The translations under genes and the position numbers were made by a program. Shown here piece by piece: positions 33,917 to 42,940 of a stretch of 45,781 bases of DNA. Source of the DNA: a virus (Duplodnaviria; Caudoviricetes); the IMG/VR virus record IMGVR_UViG_3300017937_000001, positions 1 through 45,781 of that record. The stretch is one strand, 5' to 3'. The notes under the pieces were generated by a model that saw only the letters and a program-made list of their open reading frames with translations, made no database searches and was not told where the DNA came from. Within the stretch, counting starts at the first letter, position 1; every line of letters starts with the position of its first letter.

Positions 33917-34093
33917 GTGAGGGACGTGCGGGTGGCGCCCGAGCTGAACGCGGCGCTGCGGGCGCTCTGCCGCCTGCTCGGGCACAGCTACCCCGTCAGG
34001 CTCGTCCGCGCCGTGGACGTGCTGCGGGACGACCCGCTGGACCACACCTACGTCGGCTGCGTCCGGTGCGGCCGACGGGTGCGGGGTGAGTGA
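33917..34093 (+). CDS. Small DUF1660-like protein
   Basis: LCRLLGH...CVRCG. Confidence 0.55.
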   Translation: MRDVRVAPELNAALRALCRLLGHSYPVRLVRAVDVLRDDPLDHTYVGCVRCGRRVRGE

Positions 34094-34105
34094 GAGGCAG
34101 GCGGG

Positions 34106-34288
34106 ATGGCGAGTGAGAGCGAGAGTGAGAGGGACCCGGAGCTGCGGCGCTGCCGCCGGTACGGGTGCAGGCACGAGGCCCGGGACCACGGTCACGTGGA
34201 CGGGCACCCCCGGTGCTGGCGGTGCGTGGGCAGGGGCGCGTGGCACCAGTTCCGCGTCGGGGACCAGGTGAACGAGGAGGACACGTGA
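34106..34288 (+). CDS. Small Cys/His protein
   Basis: 60 aa. Confidence 0.5.
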   Translation: MASESESERDPELRRCRRYGCRHEARDHGHVDGHPRCWRCVGRGAWHQFRVGDQVNEEDT

Positions 34289-34539
34289 ACGAGGGGCAAC
34301 GGGAGCGGCTGCTGGCCGCGGTGCCCGGGGTGACTGAGACCCCGGTGCGGGCGGGGGTGCTGGCCGCGGCGACCGGCCTGAGCGTCGGGCAGGTCAACCT
34401 GCTGCTGGCGCGGCTGGTGGCGGAGGGTCGCGTGACCAGCCGCCTGGAGACCGACGAGGAGGTGAAGCCGGGCGCGCCGCGCGGCACCCGCTACCGGCTG
34501 ACCCCCGGCGGCGCGTGGGAGCGGGCCGGGTTGACGTGA
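34285..34539 (+). CDS. Winged-helix DNA-binding protein
   Basis: LAAATGLSVGQVNLLLARLVAEGRV...YRLT. Confidence 0.7.
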   Translation: MNEGQRERLLAAVPGVTETPVRAGVLAAATGLSVGQVNLLLARLVAEGRVTSRLETDEEVKPGAPRGTRYRLTPGGAWERAGLT

Positions 34540-35423
34540 ACGAGAGGGAGAAGAGAGTGACGAGCGAGGAAGTGACGCTGACGGGGGAGGCCACCCGCGA
34601 CGGGGCTGGGCAGCCCCTGCGGGTCGGGGACCGGGTCGCCGCCGTGAGGCTGGACCCCACCCACACCGTCGTCGGCGAGGTCGCCAGCTTGGGCGCCCGT
34701 ACGTGCGTGGTGCGGGTCGGCTGGGTGAGTGACCCCGACCCGGGGCTCGGGGCGTACGGCCTGAGGCGCCGGGCTGGGGTCGGGGAGGAGACCAGGGTGT
34801 ACCTGGCCCGGACGTTTCGCCTGGGTCGCCTGGACGGGGGAGAGGGCGGGCAGGTGACCCGCGTCTGCGAGTGCGGGTGCCCGGGGTGTGAGCACCACTG
34901 TGGCGCGCACCAGGGCCTCGTCGAGCGGGAGAGGCGACGCGTCGAGACCCGGCACCTGCAGCTCCGCCGGGCGCTCGGGGTGCCGGACCCGGAGGGGGAG
35001 GGCGCGCGGGAGACGTGGCTGGAGACGCTCATCCGGGTGGTGAGGCTGCGGGTGCGCGGGGCGGGGGCGCGCGGGGACGGCTTGCGGGAGGGGGACGGCG
35101 AGACCGTCCTGGACCGGCAGGTCGTGCAGCTGACCTACGCGGCGGCGCTCGACCGGGCGCTGCCCGGGTACGTGGAGGGGAGCGAGGAGGTCCGGCAGGT
35201 CGCGTGGGGCCTGGCGGAGGTGGCGCTGCGGGTGCGGGACCGCGAGCTGACGCGGCTGCGGGGGCGCCTGGCGCTCGCGGACGAGCTGCACCAGCTGGCG
35301 CTGGACGTGGTGGCGAGCGAGAGGGAGGACGGGGAGCGAGACGCGGGTGGGCATCCCGCCGGGTGCCGGTGCAACGAGCCGTACCCGTGCGGGCGAGAGG
35401 GCGACGCACGAGGGGGCGAGTGA
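34536..35423 (+). CDS. Hypothetical protein
   Basis: Long ORF in the operon. Confidence 0.55.
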   Translation: MNEREKRVTSEEVTLTGEATRDGAGQPLRVGDRVAAVRLDPTHTVVGEVASLGARTCVVRVGWVSDPDPGLGAYGLRRRAGVGEETRVYLARTFRLGRLDGGEGGQVTRVCECGCPGCEHHCGAHQGLVERERRRVETRHLQLRRALGVPDPEGEGARETWLETLIRVVRLRVRGAGARGDGLREGDGETVLDRQVVQLTYAAALDRALPGYVEGSEEVRQVAWGLAEVALRVRDRELTRLRGRLALADELHQLALDVVASEREDGERDAGGHPAGCRCNEPYPCGREGDARGGE

Positions 35424-35424
35424 C

Positions 35425-35652
35425 GTGGCGAGGGCGGTGACCAGCCTCAGGTTCGTCGCGGAGCTGCGGGACCAGGGTGGGAGGCTGCTGCGGACGCTGC
35501 CCGCCAGGGGGCTGCAGACGGGGGCGGAGCGCCTGGCGCTGGGGGAGTGTGAGCTGGTGAGGGGCGTGTACGTGATCCAGGTGTGGCGGGAGGCGCCGAC
35601 GGCGGACGGCGACTGGGCCAGGGACAGGCTGGCGAGCGAGATCTGGCCCTAG
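35425..35652 (+). CDS. Hypothetical protein
   Basis: Last gene of the + operon. Confidence 0.5.
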   Translation: MARAVTSLRFVAELRDQGGRLLRTLPARGLQTGAERLALGECELVRGVYVIQVWREAPTADGDWARDRLASEIWP

Positions 35653-35742
35653 GCGAGGGCGGCCCAGGGCAGGCTGAGGGGGCGCGAGAGCGGGCCCAGG
35701 TGGGGAAACCTGCCTGGGCCCGCTCGTCGGCTGAGGGGGAGT

Positions 35743-35768
35743 TGGACAAAAGGGACAAAGTGGACAAT
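35743..35768 (+). repeat. Three GGACAA units at 9-bp period in an AT-rich patch
   Basis: GGAC at 35744, 35753 and 35762. Confidence 0.6.
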
Positions 35769-35940
35769 TTGTAGTCTTTTGAGAAAGTGGATTTCCAATG
35801 TGGCGACCTGTGCGGTTGAGTGCGAGCCCTAGTGAAAGCGTGGTGGGCCTCCACCCCACTCTCACCACCAGCTCACCACCGTCCGACGCCTGAGGCTCAG
35901 CACCACCACGTCTGAGTGGTGCTGAGCCGTGACGAGTGGA

Positions 35941-36357
35941 CTACTTCGCCGTTGCGAGACTGATGAACTGACTCACCGCGCGAAGCACCGTCTTCATGCC
36001 GTACTCCTCGGCCTCCATCTCCGCCGTCCTCACCAGGGAGGTGCTGTGGCTCCTGCCGGGGCTCAGCAGCTGCTCGGTGGCATCCGTGGCCCACTCCTGG
36101 AGCTTCAGCGTCAGGGTGCGAAGGGACTTGGTCTGGACGGCCTCGTCCACCGTACGGATGACGTTGTTCCAGCTGCGGACGGTGTAGTGCTCCTCGAACA
36201 TGCGCTCGACGGTCGAGGCGGTGAGCAGGTGGCCCTGGCTGGCGGAGGTGCTGACCTGCTCCATCGTCTCGGTCAGGGAGTCCCGAGCCTGGGTGGCCCG
36301 ACGCTGCATCAGGTCGTAGACTCGCTCGAAGGTGACGGCGACCTTGGTGTTCGGCAT
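35941..36357 (-). CDS. Cassette gene 12, hypothetical
   Basis: ATG 36357 with GAGGA RBS. Confidence 0.7.
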   Translation of the reverse strand: MPNTKVAVTFERVYDLMQRRATQARDSLTETMEQVSTSASQGHLLTASTVERMFEEHYTVRSWNNVIRTVDEAVQTKSLRTLTLKLQEWATDATEQLLSPGRSHSTSLVRTAEMEAEEYGMKTVLRAVSQFISLATAK

Positions 36358-36451
36358 GATCTTCCTCTTCCTGTTCCTGGGTCTAACCTTGACTGCTGAG
36401 ACCATCCTACCCTGGTCCGGGGTGTTTGTCCACACCCCGGACCAAGATCTT

Positions 36452-36604
36452 CTAGCGCTGAGCGCCGAAGGTGACCTTGACCGAGTCCACCTCGGTGGCC
36501 GGGATCAGGTTGTAGCCCCGGGCCTCGAACCGGTCCGCCATGGCGTCCGTCAGCGTCTGGGTGCCCTTGACCGTGCCGTCCGGGTTGATGATCATGTACC
36601 GCAT
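36452..36604 (-). CDS. Cassette gene 11 (50 aa)
   Basis: Read manually: MRYMIINPDGTVKG... Confidence 0.7.
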   Translation of the reverse strand: MRYMIINPDGTVKGTQTLTDAMADRFEARGYNLIPATEVDSVKVTFGAQR

Positions 36605-36694
36605 GTCTGGTCTCGCTTCCTGGTTCGTTCCTGCTTGCCTGGGTCAAGCCTACCGGCTGAGGGTGCAGATGTCCACACCCTCAGCCAAGATCTT

Positions 36695-37078
36695 TCAGCT
36701 CGCCGGCTGGGTCAGGCAGCTGTGGAGCTCCACGCCCATGTACTGGCTCAGGCACTCGGCGACCAGCGCCGGCCCCGCCGGGTCCGAGGTCACCGTGCCG
36801 TCCGCCTGGTGGTGCGTGGTGGCCGGCCGCAGGTAGAGCTTGACGCAGGCCGGGACGTCCGCGTAGGCGATGGAGTTGGCCTCGCAGGCGCCGCCGGTGA
36901 CCTGGTCCAGCAGGTCACCCACGCCGTCCTCCCAGCCGTCGTTGTAGCCGGCGGTCTGGAGCGTGGCGACCGGGGCCGGCTTGGGCACCTCGGTGTGGCT
37001 ACGGTGCTGGCACGCGGTGGCGAGGAAGCCGACGGCGATCAGGGCGACGGTGGCGGTGACGCGGGCGAGCTTACGCAT
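36695..37078 (-). CDS. Cassette gene 10, putative lipoprotein
   Basis: Signal peptide ending in LATAC. Confidence 0.7.
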   Translation of the reverse strand: MRKLARVTATVALIAVGFLATACQHRSHTEVPKPAPVATLQTAGYNDGWEDGVGDLLDQVTGGACEANSIAYADVPACVKLYLRPATTHHQADGTVTSDPAGPALVAECLSQYMGVELHSCLTQPAS

Positions 37079-37165
37079 GGTGTGTCTCCTCAGTTCCTGT
37101 TCCTGCTTGCTGGGTTCAGTCTAGCAGCCGGCGGGTGCGATGTCCACACCCGCCGGCAAGATCTT

Positions 37166-37444
37166 TCAGACGAGCTGGAGCTGGTCCAACGTGTAGTCCG
37201 CGGAGCTCCACATGGTCATTCCGTTCGGCGCCGTGAAGCTGAAGGCGAGCTGGTAGATCACGGGCCACTCGGTGCCCTCAGGCGCGGCCGGGGCGCTGAC
37301 GCGGCTCATGCGGTCGACCCCGAACCGGCTCTTGACGAGCAGCCACTCGGCCTCGAGCGTGCCCTGGTGGGTGCGGCCCCACTGGTTGGTGCCGAGCACC
37401 TGAACGCCGGAGCTGATGGCCTGACGAGCGGTCGTGACGTCCAT
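37166..37444 (-). CDS. Cassette gene 9, hypothetical
   Basis: ATG 37444 with GAGGA RBS. Confidence 0.7.
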   Translation of the reverse strand: MDVTTARQAISSGVQVLGTNQWGRTHQGTLEAEWLLVKSRFGVDRMSRVSAPAAPEGTEWPVIYQLAFSFTAPNGMTMWSSADYTLDQLQLV

Positions 37445-37513
37445 GATCTTCCTCTTCTCTTCCTGTCCTGCTGATGGTACCATCATACCAGCTGCGGCCG
37501 CACTTGTCCACAA

Positions 37514-37804
37514 CTAGTTTCGGCAGGTGTGGCTCGCCGGCTGCGCGTGCTGGGCGATCTTGACCTGCGCCCGCAGGTCCGCCATCTTGATCGCCGCGCG
37601 GCTGAGGTCCGCGAGCAGGCCCATGATCACCATCGCCAGCAGGATGATCGCCACCGTCTTCACGCGGCTGACCATGCGCTGCCGCAGCGGCAGCGTCTGC
37701 CGGCGGGCGGCCGGCGTGCCGGGACGCGGCCCCCAGGTGGGGCGCGGCGGGGTGGCCGGGCGGGGCGGGGTGGCGACGGGAAGCGGCTGCGGCTGCGCGG
37801 GCAC
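37514..37804 (-). CDS. Cassette gene 8, Pro-rich membrane protein
   Basis: GTG 37804 with GAGGAGG. Confidence 0.7.
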   Translation of the reverse strand: MPAQPQPLPVATPPRPATPPRPTWGPRPGTPAARRQTLPLRQRMVSRVKTVAIILLAMVIMGLLADLSRAAIKMADLRAQVKIAQHAQPASHTCRN

Positions 37805-37893
37805 GGGGTCCTCCTCGGTTCCTGTTCCTTGGTGGTGCTGGTACCAGCCTACCACCGGGTGCGGCACTTGTCCACACCCGGTGGCAAGATCTT

Positions 37894-38115
37894 TCAGTGC
37901 GAGTGCGGCGTGAACATGCACGCCCGGTACGTCCGCTCCACGCCGGTGCCGTGCATGCGCACGTCCACGAGGTGCTCGGTGTGCCCGACGCTGCCGTACT
38001 CCCGCAGGGTAAGCACCCGCTCCCCGACCACCATGCCGAGCAGCTGCGTGCCCAGGTGGCGGGCGGTCTCCCCCGGGACGAAGTCCCTCTCCACGCGCTT
38101 GATCTCGACGGCCAT
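37894..38115 (-). CDS. Cassette gene 7, hypothetical
   Basis: ATG 38115 with GGAGG. Confidence 0.7.
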   Translation of the reverse strand: MAVEIKRVERDFVPGETARHLGTQLLGMVVGERVLTLREYGSVGHTEHLVDVRMHGTGVERTYRACMFTPHSH

Positions 38116-38204
38116 CTCTGCCTCCCGCTTTCCTGTTCCTGTTCCTGCTGGTTCCCAGCCTACCACCTGGTGTGGAGTTTGTCCACACCAGGTGGCAAGA
38201 TCTT

Positions 38205-38342
38205 TCAGGCGAGCTCGAGCCCGAAGTCGAGGCCGCACTGGCCGTGGGCCATGATCGTCTCGCCGTCCCGGCGGAACTCCGCGATCGGGTCCGTCAGCCA
38301 GTCCGACGGCTCCCCGCAGATCTCACACTCGTGCTCTTCCAC
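38205..38342 (-). CDS. Cassette gene 6 (45 aa, CxxC..HxxC)
   Basis: Read manually: MEEHECEICGE...HGQC. Confidence 0.65.
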   Translation of the reverse strand: MEEHECEICGEPSDWLTDPIAEFRRDGETIMAHGQCGLDFGLELA

Positions 38343-38419
38343 TTCCTGGTCCCTTCCTTGGCGCTGGTCCCAGCATACCACAGCGAGGGTGTGGTGTCCA
38401 CACCCTCGCTGAAGATCTT

Positions 38420-39535
38420 TCAGGCGTGCTGCAGGACCCGCTCAGCCGGCGCCTCGGCGGTCACCTGCGGCGAGGCGAAGGCGACCCCGGCCTCGTGCCC
38501 CTGGTGCCACGCTCCCTGGTCGTACTTCTGCGGCTTGACCGTCTTCAGGTCGGCGTGGTTGGTGGACATGTACTCCTCCACCTCCGAGGCGCGGTCTCGC
38601 AGCACCAGGGCGGTGCTGGTGTCGCCACCCGCCGTCTGCTTGTCCTGCCGGATGCGGGACGCCACCCCGGCGCCGAAGCCTCGCATGAAGCCGCGACGGG
38701 CGTGGCACCCGGGGCCGCTGTGGTGGCCGCCCGTCAGCCGCGAGGCCCGGGAGACCTCCTTGGACACCCGCTCCGCGAGGCGCTCCATCTGGAGCTCCAC
38801 GAGGGGCAGGAAGGTCTTCAGGTTCTCCACCACGGAGGGCTGCGCGAAGACGTGGAGCGTCACCGTGTGGAACTTGTAGCCCGCACCCTTCGGCTTGTGG
38901 TGGACGTAGAACACCCCCGCACCCATCGCCGTGGCCACCGAGGTGAACGCGGCCACGCGGTGGAGCGCGTGTCCACCCTGGACGTTGACGGGGTACTCCC
39001 AGGCCACGATGCCCTCCGGCGCCGCCTCCTCGCCCCGCAGCTCCGCGTCCCGCCGGCGCAGCTGCTCCTGCGTGATGGAGTACTTGTCCATGAGCTTGGC
39101 CACCATCGCCAGGGCCGCCTCGGCCTGGTGCTGGTCACCCCGCTCGTCCTGCGCGAGCTTGATGGCCGCCAGGATCTGGTCCATCTTGCGCTGCAGCGTC
39201 TCGTCGGCCACCTCGGGCTCGCCGCCCTCGTCCGCCGGCTCCTCGCCGCCGGTCTGGCCGGCGACCTCGGCCTCGGCGGCCGCCAGCTTCACCCACAGGG
39301 CGCGGGCGACGGCGACGGCGGTCTCGGCGCTGGCGTCCAGGTCGTAGGCCACCTGGTTCAGCACCAGCTGCCACGACTTGGCGTCCTTGTCGTAGCGGAG
39401 GCCGGCGGTCTCGCCGGCGGCCGTGAGGGTGTAGCCGCCCTCGATCTTCGTGACGGCGACCTCGACGCCCTCGAGCTCGGTGGTGCGGGTCTGGCCGGCC
39501 TTCAGGTTCTTCAGGTTCATGACGTGTAACCCCAT
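38420..39535 (-). CDS. Cassette gene 5, DUF2786-like protein
   Basis: KLAQD..AEAALAMVAKLMDKYSI; RRGFMRGFGAGVASRI; AWHQGHEAG. Confidence 0.8.
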   Translation of the reverse strand: MGLHVMNLKNLKAGQTRTTELEGVEVAVTKIEGGYTLTAAGETAGLRYDKDAKSWQLVLNQVAYDLDASAETAVAVARALWVKLAAAEAEVAGQTGGEEPADEGGEPEVADETLQRKMDQILAAIKLAQDERGDQHQAEAALAMVAKLMDKYSITQEQLRRRDAELRGEEAAPEGIVAWEYPVNVQGGHALHRVAAFTSVATAMGAGVFYVHHKPKGAGYKFHTVTLHVFAQPSVVENLKTFLPLVELQMERLAERVSKEVSRASRLTGGHHSGPGCHARRGFMRGFGAGVASRIRQDKQTAGGDTSTALVLRDRASEVEEYMSTNHADLKTVKPQKYDQGAWHQGHEAGVAFASPQVTAEAPAERVLQHA

Positions 39536-39616
39536 TTCCTGTTCCTTGTTCCTGCTGATGGTTTCAGTCTACCGGCTGCGGGTGTGTTTGTCCACACCCG
39601 CAGCCAAGATCTTTCG

Positions 39617-39913
39617 CTACGCCGTCGGCGCGGTGTAGCCGTCCGAGTCGTCGTTGAGCGTGGCCATCACGTCGGTGAGGACGCGGAGGAGGCCGGCGTT
39701 GCCGCAGTGCGTCTGGACGACCGTCAGCAGGTCCACGACCTGCTCCTTGGCGATGGCCTCGACCCACTCGGGGTCGTAGCCCTCGGGGTTGTGGTCGTCC
39801 CCGGTCCAGGACCGGCCGATGCTGAGCAGCACCTCACCCCGCTCGGCGGTGGTGGACTTGAGCGTCCACGGGTAGTCCACGCTGCACGTGACCTCGGGGA
39901 GCTTGATCTTCAT
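39617..39913 (-). CDS. Cassette gene 4, hypothetical
   Basis: ATG 39913 with RBS. Confidence 0.7.
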   Translation of the reverse strand: MKIKLPEVTCSVDYPWTLKSTTAERGEVLLSIGRSWTGDDHNPEGYDPEWVEAIAKEQVVDLLTVVQTHCGNAGLLRVLTDVMATLNDDSDGYTAPTA

Positions 39914-40001
39914 TTCCTGGTCCTCTTCCTGCTTGACTGGTTCCATCCTACCAGGTCCGAGCACGAATGTCCACACCCGCGCCCGAACCTGGCGGGACGT
40001 C

Positions 40002-40328
40002 CTAGTCCAGGCAGTAGACGGCGTTCAGCCACTCCAGCGCGTCCACGCCGTCGATGGTGGCGCTGCGGCCGTCCGTGGACTGCCACACGTCGTTCTCGTC
40101 CAGGCGCTGGCCACTCACCAGCTCGGACAGGCACAGCGCCACCTCCCCGGCGTCGGCGGTCAGCACCACCCGGTATGAGGCCGCCGTCTCGTTGTCCTCG
40201 TCCAGGGTGTCCGCGCTGACGGTGTCGAGCGCGTGCTGGATGGCCATCGGCTTGCTGAGGTCGGGGTGGCTCTCTCGCACGTCCGCGGCGACGGTGTTGA
40301 TGGCGAACGCGAGGCTGGGCTGCTGCAT
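40002..40328 (-). CDS. Cassette gene 3, acidic hypothetical
   Basis: 108 aa. Confidence 0.7.
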   Translation of the reverse strand: MQQPSLAFAINTVAADVRESHPDLSKPMAIQHALDTVSADTLDEDNETAASYRVVLTADAGEVALCLSELVSGQRLDENDVWQSTDGRSATIDGVDALEWLNAVYCLD

Positions 40329-40414
40329 GTCTGCCTACTCTCTTCCTGTTCCTGCCTGGTGGTACCAGTCTACCCTGGCTGGGTGCGGTTGTCCACACCC
40401 AGCCACAAGATCCT

Positions 40415-40588
40415 TCAGGCGGCGACCACATCGACGACCTGGATGTTGTACGCGCCCGGCGCCGTGGCCAGCCGCAGCCACCCCGTCTCCTGGGCCTCCC
40501 AGCGTGCCGTGGCCTCCACCTTCACCTGCACCAGGGTCCGGGTGCCCGACGGCTTGATGTCCCACGCGGTGACGGTGAAGGTCTGCAT
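40415..40588 (-). CDS. Cassette gene 2 (57 aa)
   Basis: Read manually: MQTFTVTAWDIKPSG...; GAGGAG RBS. Confidence 0.7.
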   Translation of the reverse strand: MQTFTVTAWDIKPSGTRTLVQVKVEATARWEAQETGWLRLATAPGAYNIQVVDVVAA

Positions 40589-40675
40589 CGCTGGCTCCTC
40601 AGTTCCTGTTTCCTGCTGTCTGAGACCAGCTTACCCCGTGGCGGGTGTGTTGTCCACACCCGCCACCAAGATTCT

Positions 40676-40930
40676 TCACACCCGCGTGACGCGGTTCTCC
40701 ATCCACGCGGCGTTCAGCTCCTGAACCGCCTCCTCCTGGGACTGCCACAGCACCTCGAGCCACCCCAGGATGGACGCCAGCTCCCCCGTCACCTCGAACG
40801 TGCACACCTCCCCGACCTGGGTGCCGGTGGCTGCCACCGCCACCTGGCCGGCGTATGTGTGCTGCGTCCCCAGCAGCGCCTCGTACGCGGCCTCGTCCTC
40901 GACGGTCAGGTCCACCGTGAGCTTGAGCAT
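40676..40930 (-). CDS. Cassette gene 1, acidic hypothetical
   Basis: ATG 40930 with AAGGA RBS. Confidence 0.7.
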   Translation of the reverse strand: MLKLTVDLTVEDEAAYEALLGTQHTYAGQVAVAATGTQVGEVCTFEVTGELASILGWLEVLWQSQEEAVQELNAAWMENRVTRV

Positions 40931-41240
40931 CTGCGTGTCCTTCCAGTTCCTGTTCCTGCTTGCCTGTCCAGGATACCCTGGTTTCCTGCTGCTGTCCACA
41001 CCTGTGCTGCGCTGCCTGACCTGGGTTTCCGCCGCCACCCGCTGTGGCGGCCGGTTATCCCTGCCGTCCTGCTGGTTCCCAGCCTACCAGCTGCGGCGCC
41101 ATTTGTCCACACCGGATTCGACGTGTTTTGCTGTTTACATTTCACGCCGGCCCTGGTAGACTGGCAGCAGTACGGGGGAGCGGGACCTGGCCTGCCCGAA
41201 AACCGAGCCACCGCCACTTTGTGCCACCCTGCCCCATCAT

Positions 41241-41380
41241 GTCCCTGATGTCCGATTTGCCTCAACTGTCCATCATGTCCATCGAGAGGGGGTTTGACCG
41301 TCATGTCCACCGCGACCCTTGGGTCCATTGTGACCATGATGTCCGATTTGTCACTTTCGTCCATCATGTCCCAAATGTCC
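41241..41380. repeat. Iteron-like array: GTCC/GACC core at strict 9-bp period (5 + 10 units)
   Basis: Core G every 9 bp at 41241-41277 and at 41296-41377. Confidence 0.85.
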
Positions 41381-41464
41381 ACACGCCGGCCTCACCCGCC
41401 TCTCAGCCGTGCGGCAAAGCCGCACATATTTTCCCGCGCGCACGTGCACACGTGTGCACACTCG

Positions 41465-41851
41465 TCACGCGCTCAGCTCACACGCTTGCTCGGCCGAGCC
41501 GCACTCGCACCCAGCCGCGCCCACCCGCCCGCTCACGGGCCACAGCCTCACCAGGGCGTCACGCGCCTCCCGAGCCGCCGCACCCAGCTCGGCGAGCAGC
41601 TCCGGCCGCCTCACCAGGCCACCCCTGACGAGCCTCGCCAGGGTCTCGCCCTCGTCGACGTCCAGCTCGGCCGCCAGCTCCGAGAGCGTGATCACCGCCG
41701 CCGCGTGCAGCTCCCGGCCGCAGCTCCCCGCCGCCACGCTCGCCTCCGCGCCCTCACCCCCTCGCCGCGCCGTCCGGCTCTCAGCCTCGGACCCGTCACC
41801 GCGCGACGTGATTTCGCGCGTGTTTTCCAGCGTGATCTCAGACACGTTCAC
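41465..41851 (-). CDS. Hypothetical protein
   Basis: GTGA-coupled to the upstream gene. Confidence 0.5.
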   Translation of the reverse strand: MNVSEITLENTREITSRGDGSEAESRTARRGGEGAEASVAAGSCGRELHAAAVITLSELAAELDVDEGETLARLVRGGLVRRPELLAELGAAAREARDALVRLWPVSGRVGAAGCECGSAEQACELSA

Positions 41852-42288
41852 CGCGACGACCCGTCGCCGCCTGACTTTTGCTGGCGCCTGGCCTCGTTCA
41901 GGCAGGGCCTGCACCGGGGCTTCCGCCCCGACTTGAGGCGGCTGTCCCGCCCGAACTCGTCCACCGGCTTCACCAGGCCGCACCCCCTGCAGGTGGCGGT
42001 CTCCACCGGCTCACTGCTCGCCGGCTCAGCTGCGCCCTCCCCCGTCGCCGCCTCACTCGCCGGCTCCCACGGGTCCACCAGGGGTGCCTCCACCGTCAGC
42101 GTGCCGCCGTCCGGCCACAGGCTCTCGCCGCCGGTCACCTCACACACGTACGCGTCCACCGCCGCCAGCAGCTCGTCCACCGCCGCCTGGGGCCGCGACC
42201 ACCCCGAGGCCGCCCACGCGGCCCTCTCGACGTCCTCACGCGTGACCGTTGCCACCGCGTTCACCTCTCTCTTGCTCCATTTTGACAT
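41848..42288 (-). CDS. Protein with C-terminal CxxC-CxxC Zn finger (start uncertain)
   Basis: CRGCGLVKPVDEFGRDSRLKSGRKPRCRPC. Confidence 0.6.
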   Translation of the reverse strand: MSKWSKREVNAVATVTREDVERAAWAASGWSRPQAAVDELLAAVDAYVCEVTGGESLWPDGGTLTVEAPLVDPWEPASEAATGEGAAEPASSEPVETATCRGCGLVKPVDEFGRDSRLKSGRKPRCRPCLNEARRQQKSGGDGSSR

Positions 42289-42455
42289 CCTATCACGGGT
42301 GTAAGTTACTGGCCAGAAACATTTACGAAACCTACGCGTGAAGGCAAAAGCCACGTGTGCCGCCCTCGGGCAGGCCAACACCCCTCCAAGTAGTTACTCC
42401 CTCCCACCCCCTCCCGTCCAGTGAGAGCCTGCTCAGTCACGCCTGAGGCCTGCCC

Positions 42456-42674
42456 TCAGTCCTTCTCCTCCGGTACCCCCTCGTTGGCTGTCCTCACCCC
42501 CTCCGGGTGAGCCATCCCGAGGTGCACCGCCAGCCCGTGCTCCCCCCGGTACGTTCGCCCACACGTCGGGCACACGTGCGCCGTCTTGTCACGCTTCGCG
42601 TGCCGTCGTCGCTGCGCCTCGGCGATCCTGAGGCGGTGCTCCACCGAGGTCACGCTGCCCTTCCGCCTCGCCAC
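42456..42674 (-). CDS. Small C2H2 zinc-finger protein with NUMOD3-like N-terminus
   Basis: SVEHRLRIAEA; CPTCGRTYRGEHGLAVHLGMAH; GGAGG RBS. Confidence 0.7.
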   Translation of the reverse strand: MARRKGSVTSVEHRLRIAEAQRRRHAKRDKTAHVCPTCGRTYRGEHGLAVHLGMAHPEGVRTANEGVPEEKD

Positions 42675-42689
42675 GTCCGTTCCTCCCGG

Positions 42690-42930
42690 GTTGGTCTTCT
42701 GGTCCGTTGGTCTTTGGTGTCTACTACGACCCCAGCTAATATGCATACTGCTACTACCCTGGTAAGAGAGAAGAGAGAAGAGAATAATGAGTAAGGACCT
42801 TCAAAAGACCAAAAGACCAAGCAGACTAGGCTCTACCAGGTAGATCCAAGATCAACTTCTCTGGTCTTCCGTCTGGTCTCTCGCGGTCCTTCCGCCTCTC
42901 CCGTCTCTCTACCCCCTCCAAAGACCACGT
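42690..42930. other. Putative replication origin
   Basis: AT/purine-rich intergenic region next to the primase-helicase with repeated TGGTCT/AGACCA in both orientations. Confidence 0.5.
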
Positions 42931-42940
42931 CTTCGCCGCG

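Larger units (their letters stand above)
36405..41112 (-). repeat. 13 dispersed promoter elements (TGTGGACA-N17-TANNNT), most within an inverted repeat and preceded by AAGATCT
   Basis: + strand tgtccaca at 36427, 36670, 37141, 37505, 37869, 38180, 38395, 39589, 39968, 40390, 40651, 40993 and 41104. Confidence 0.9.

Noticed and set aside
36405-41112. CRISPR array or integron
   Set aside because: Spacing is gene-sized and irregular, the repeats are promoters, and there is no cas gene, integrase or attC core.
40906-41382. ORF with MDxxDxx repeats
   Set aside because: Translation artefact of the 9-bp array, whose phase breaks at 41278-41295.
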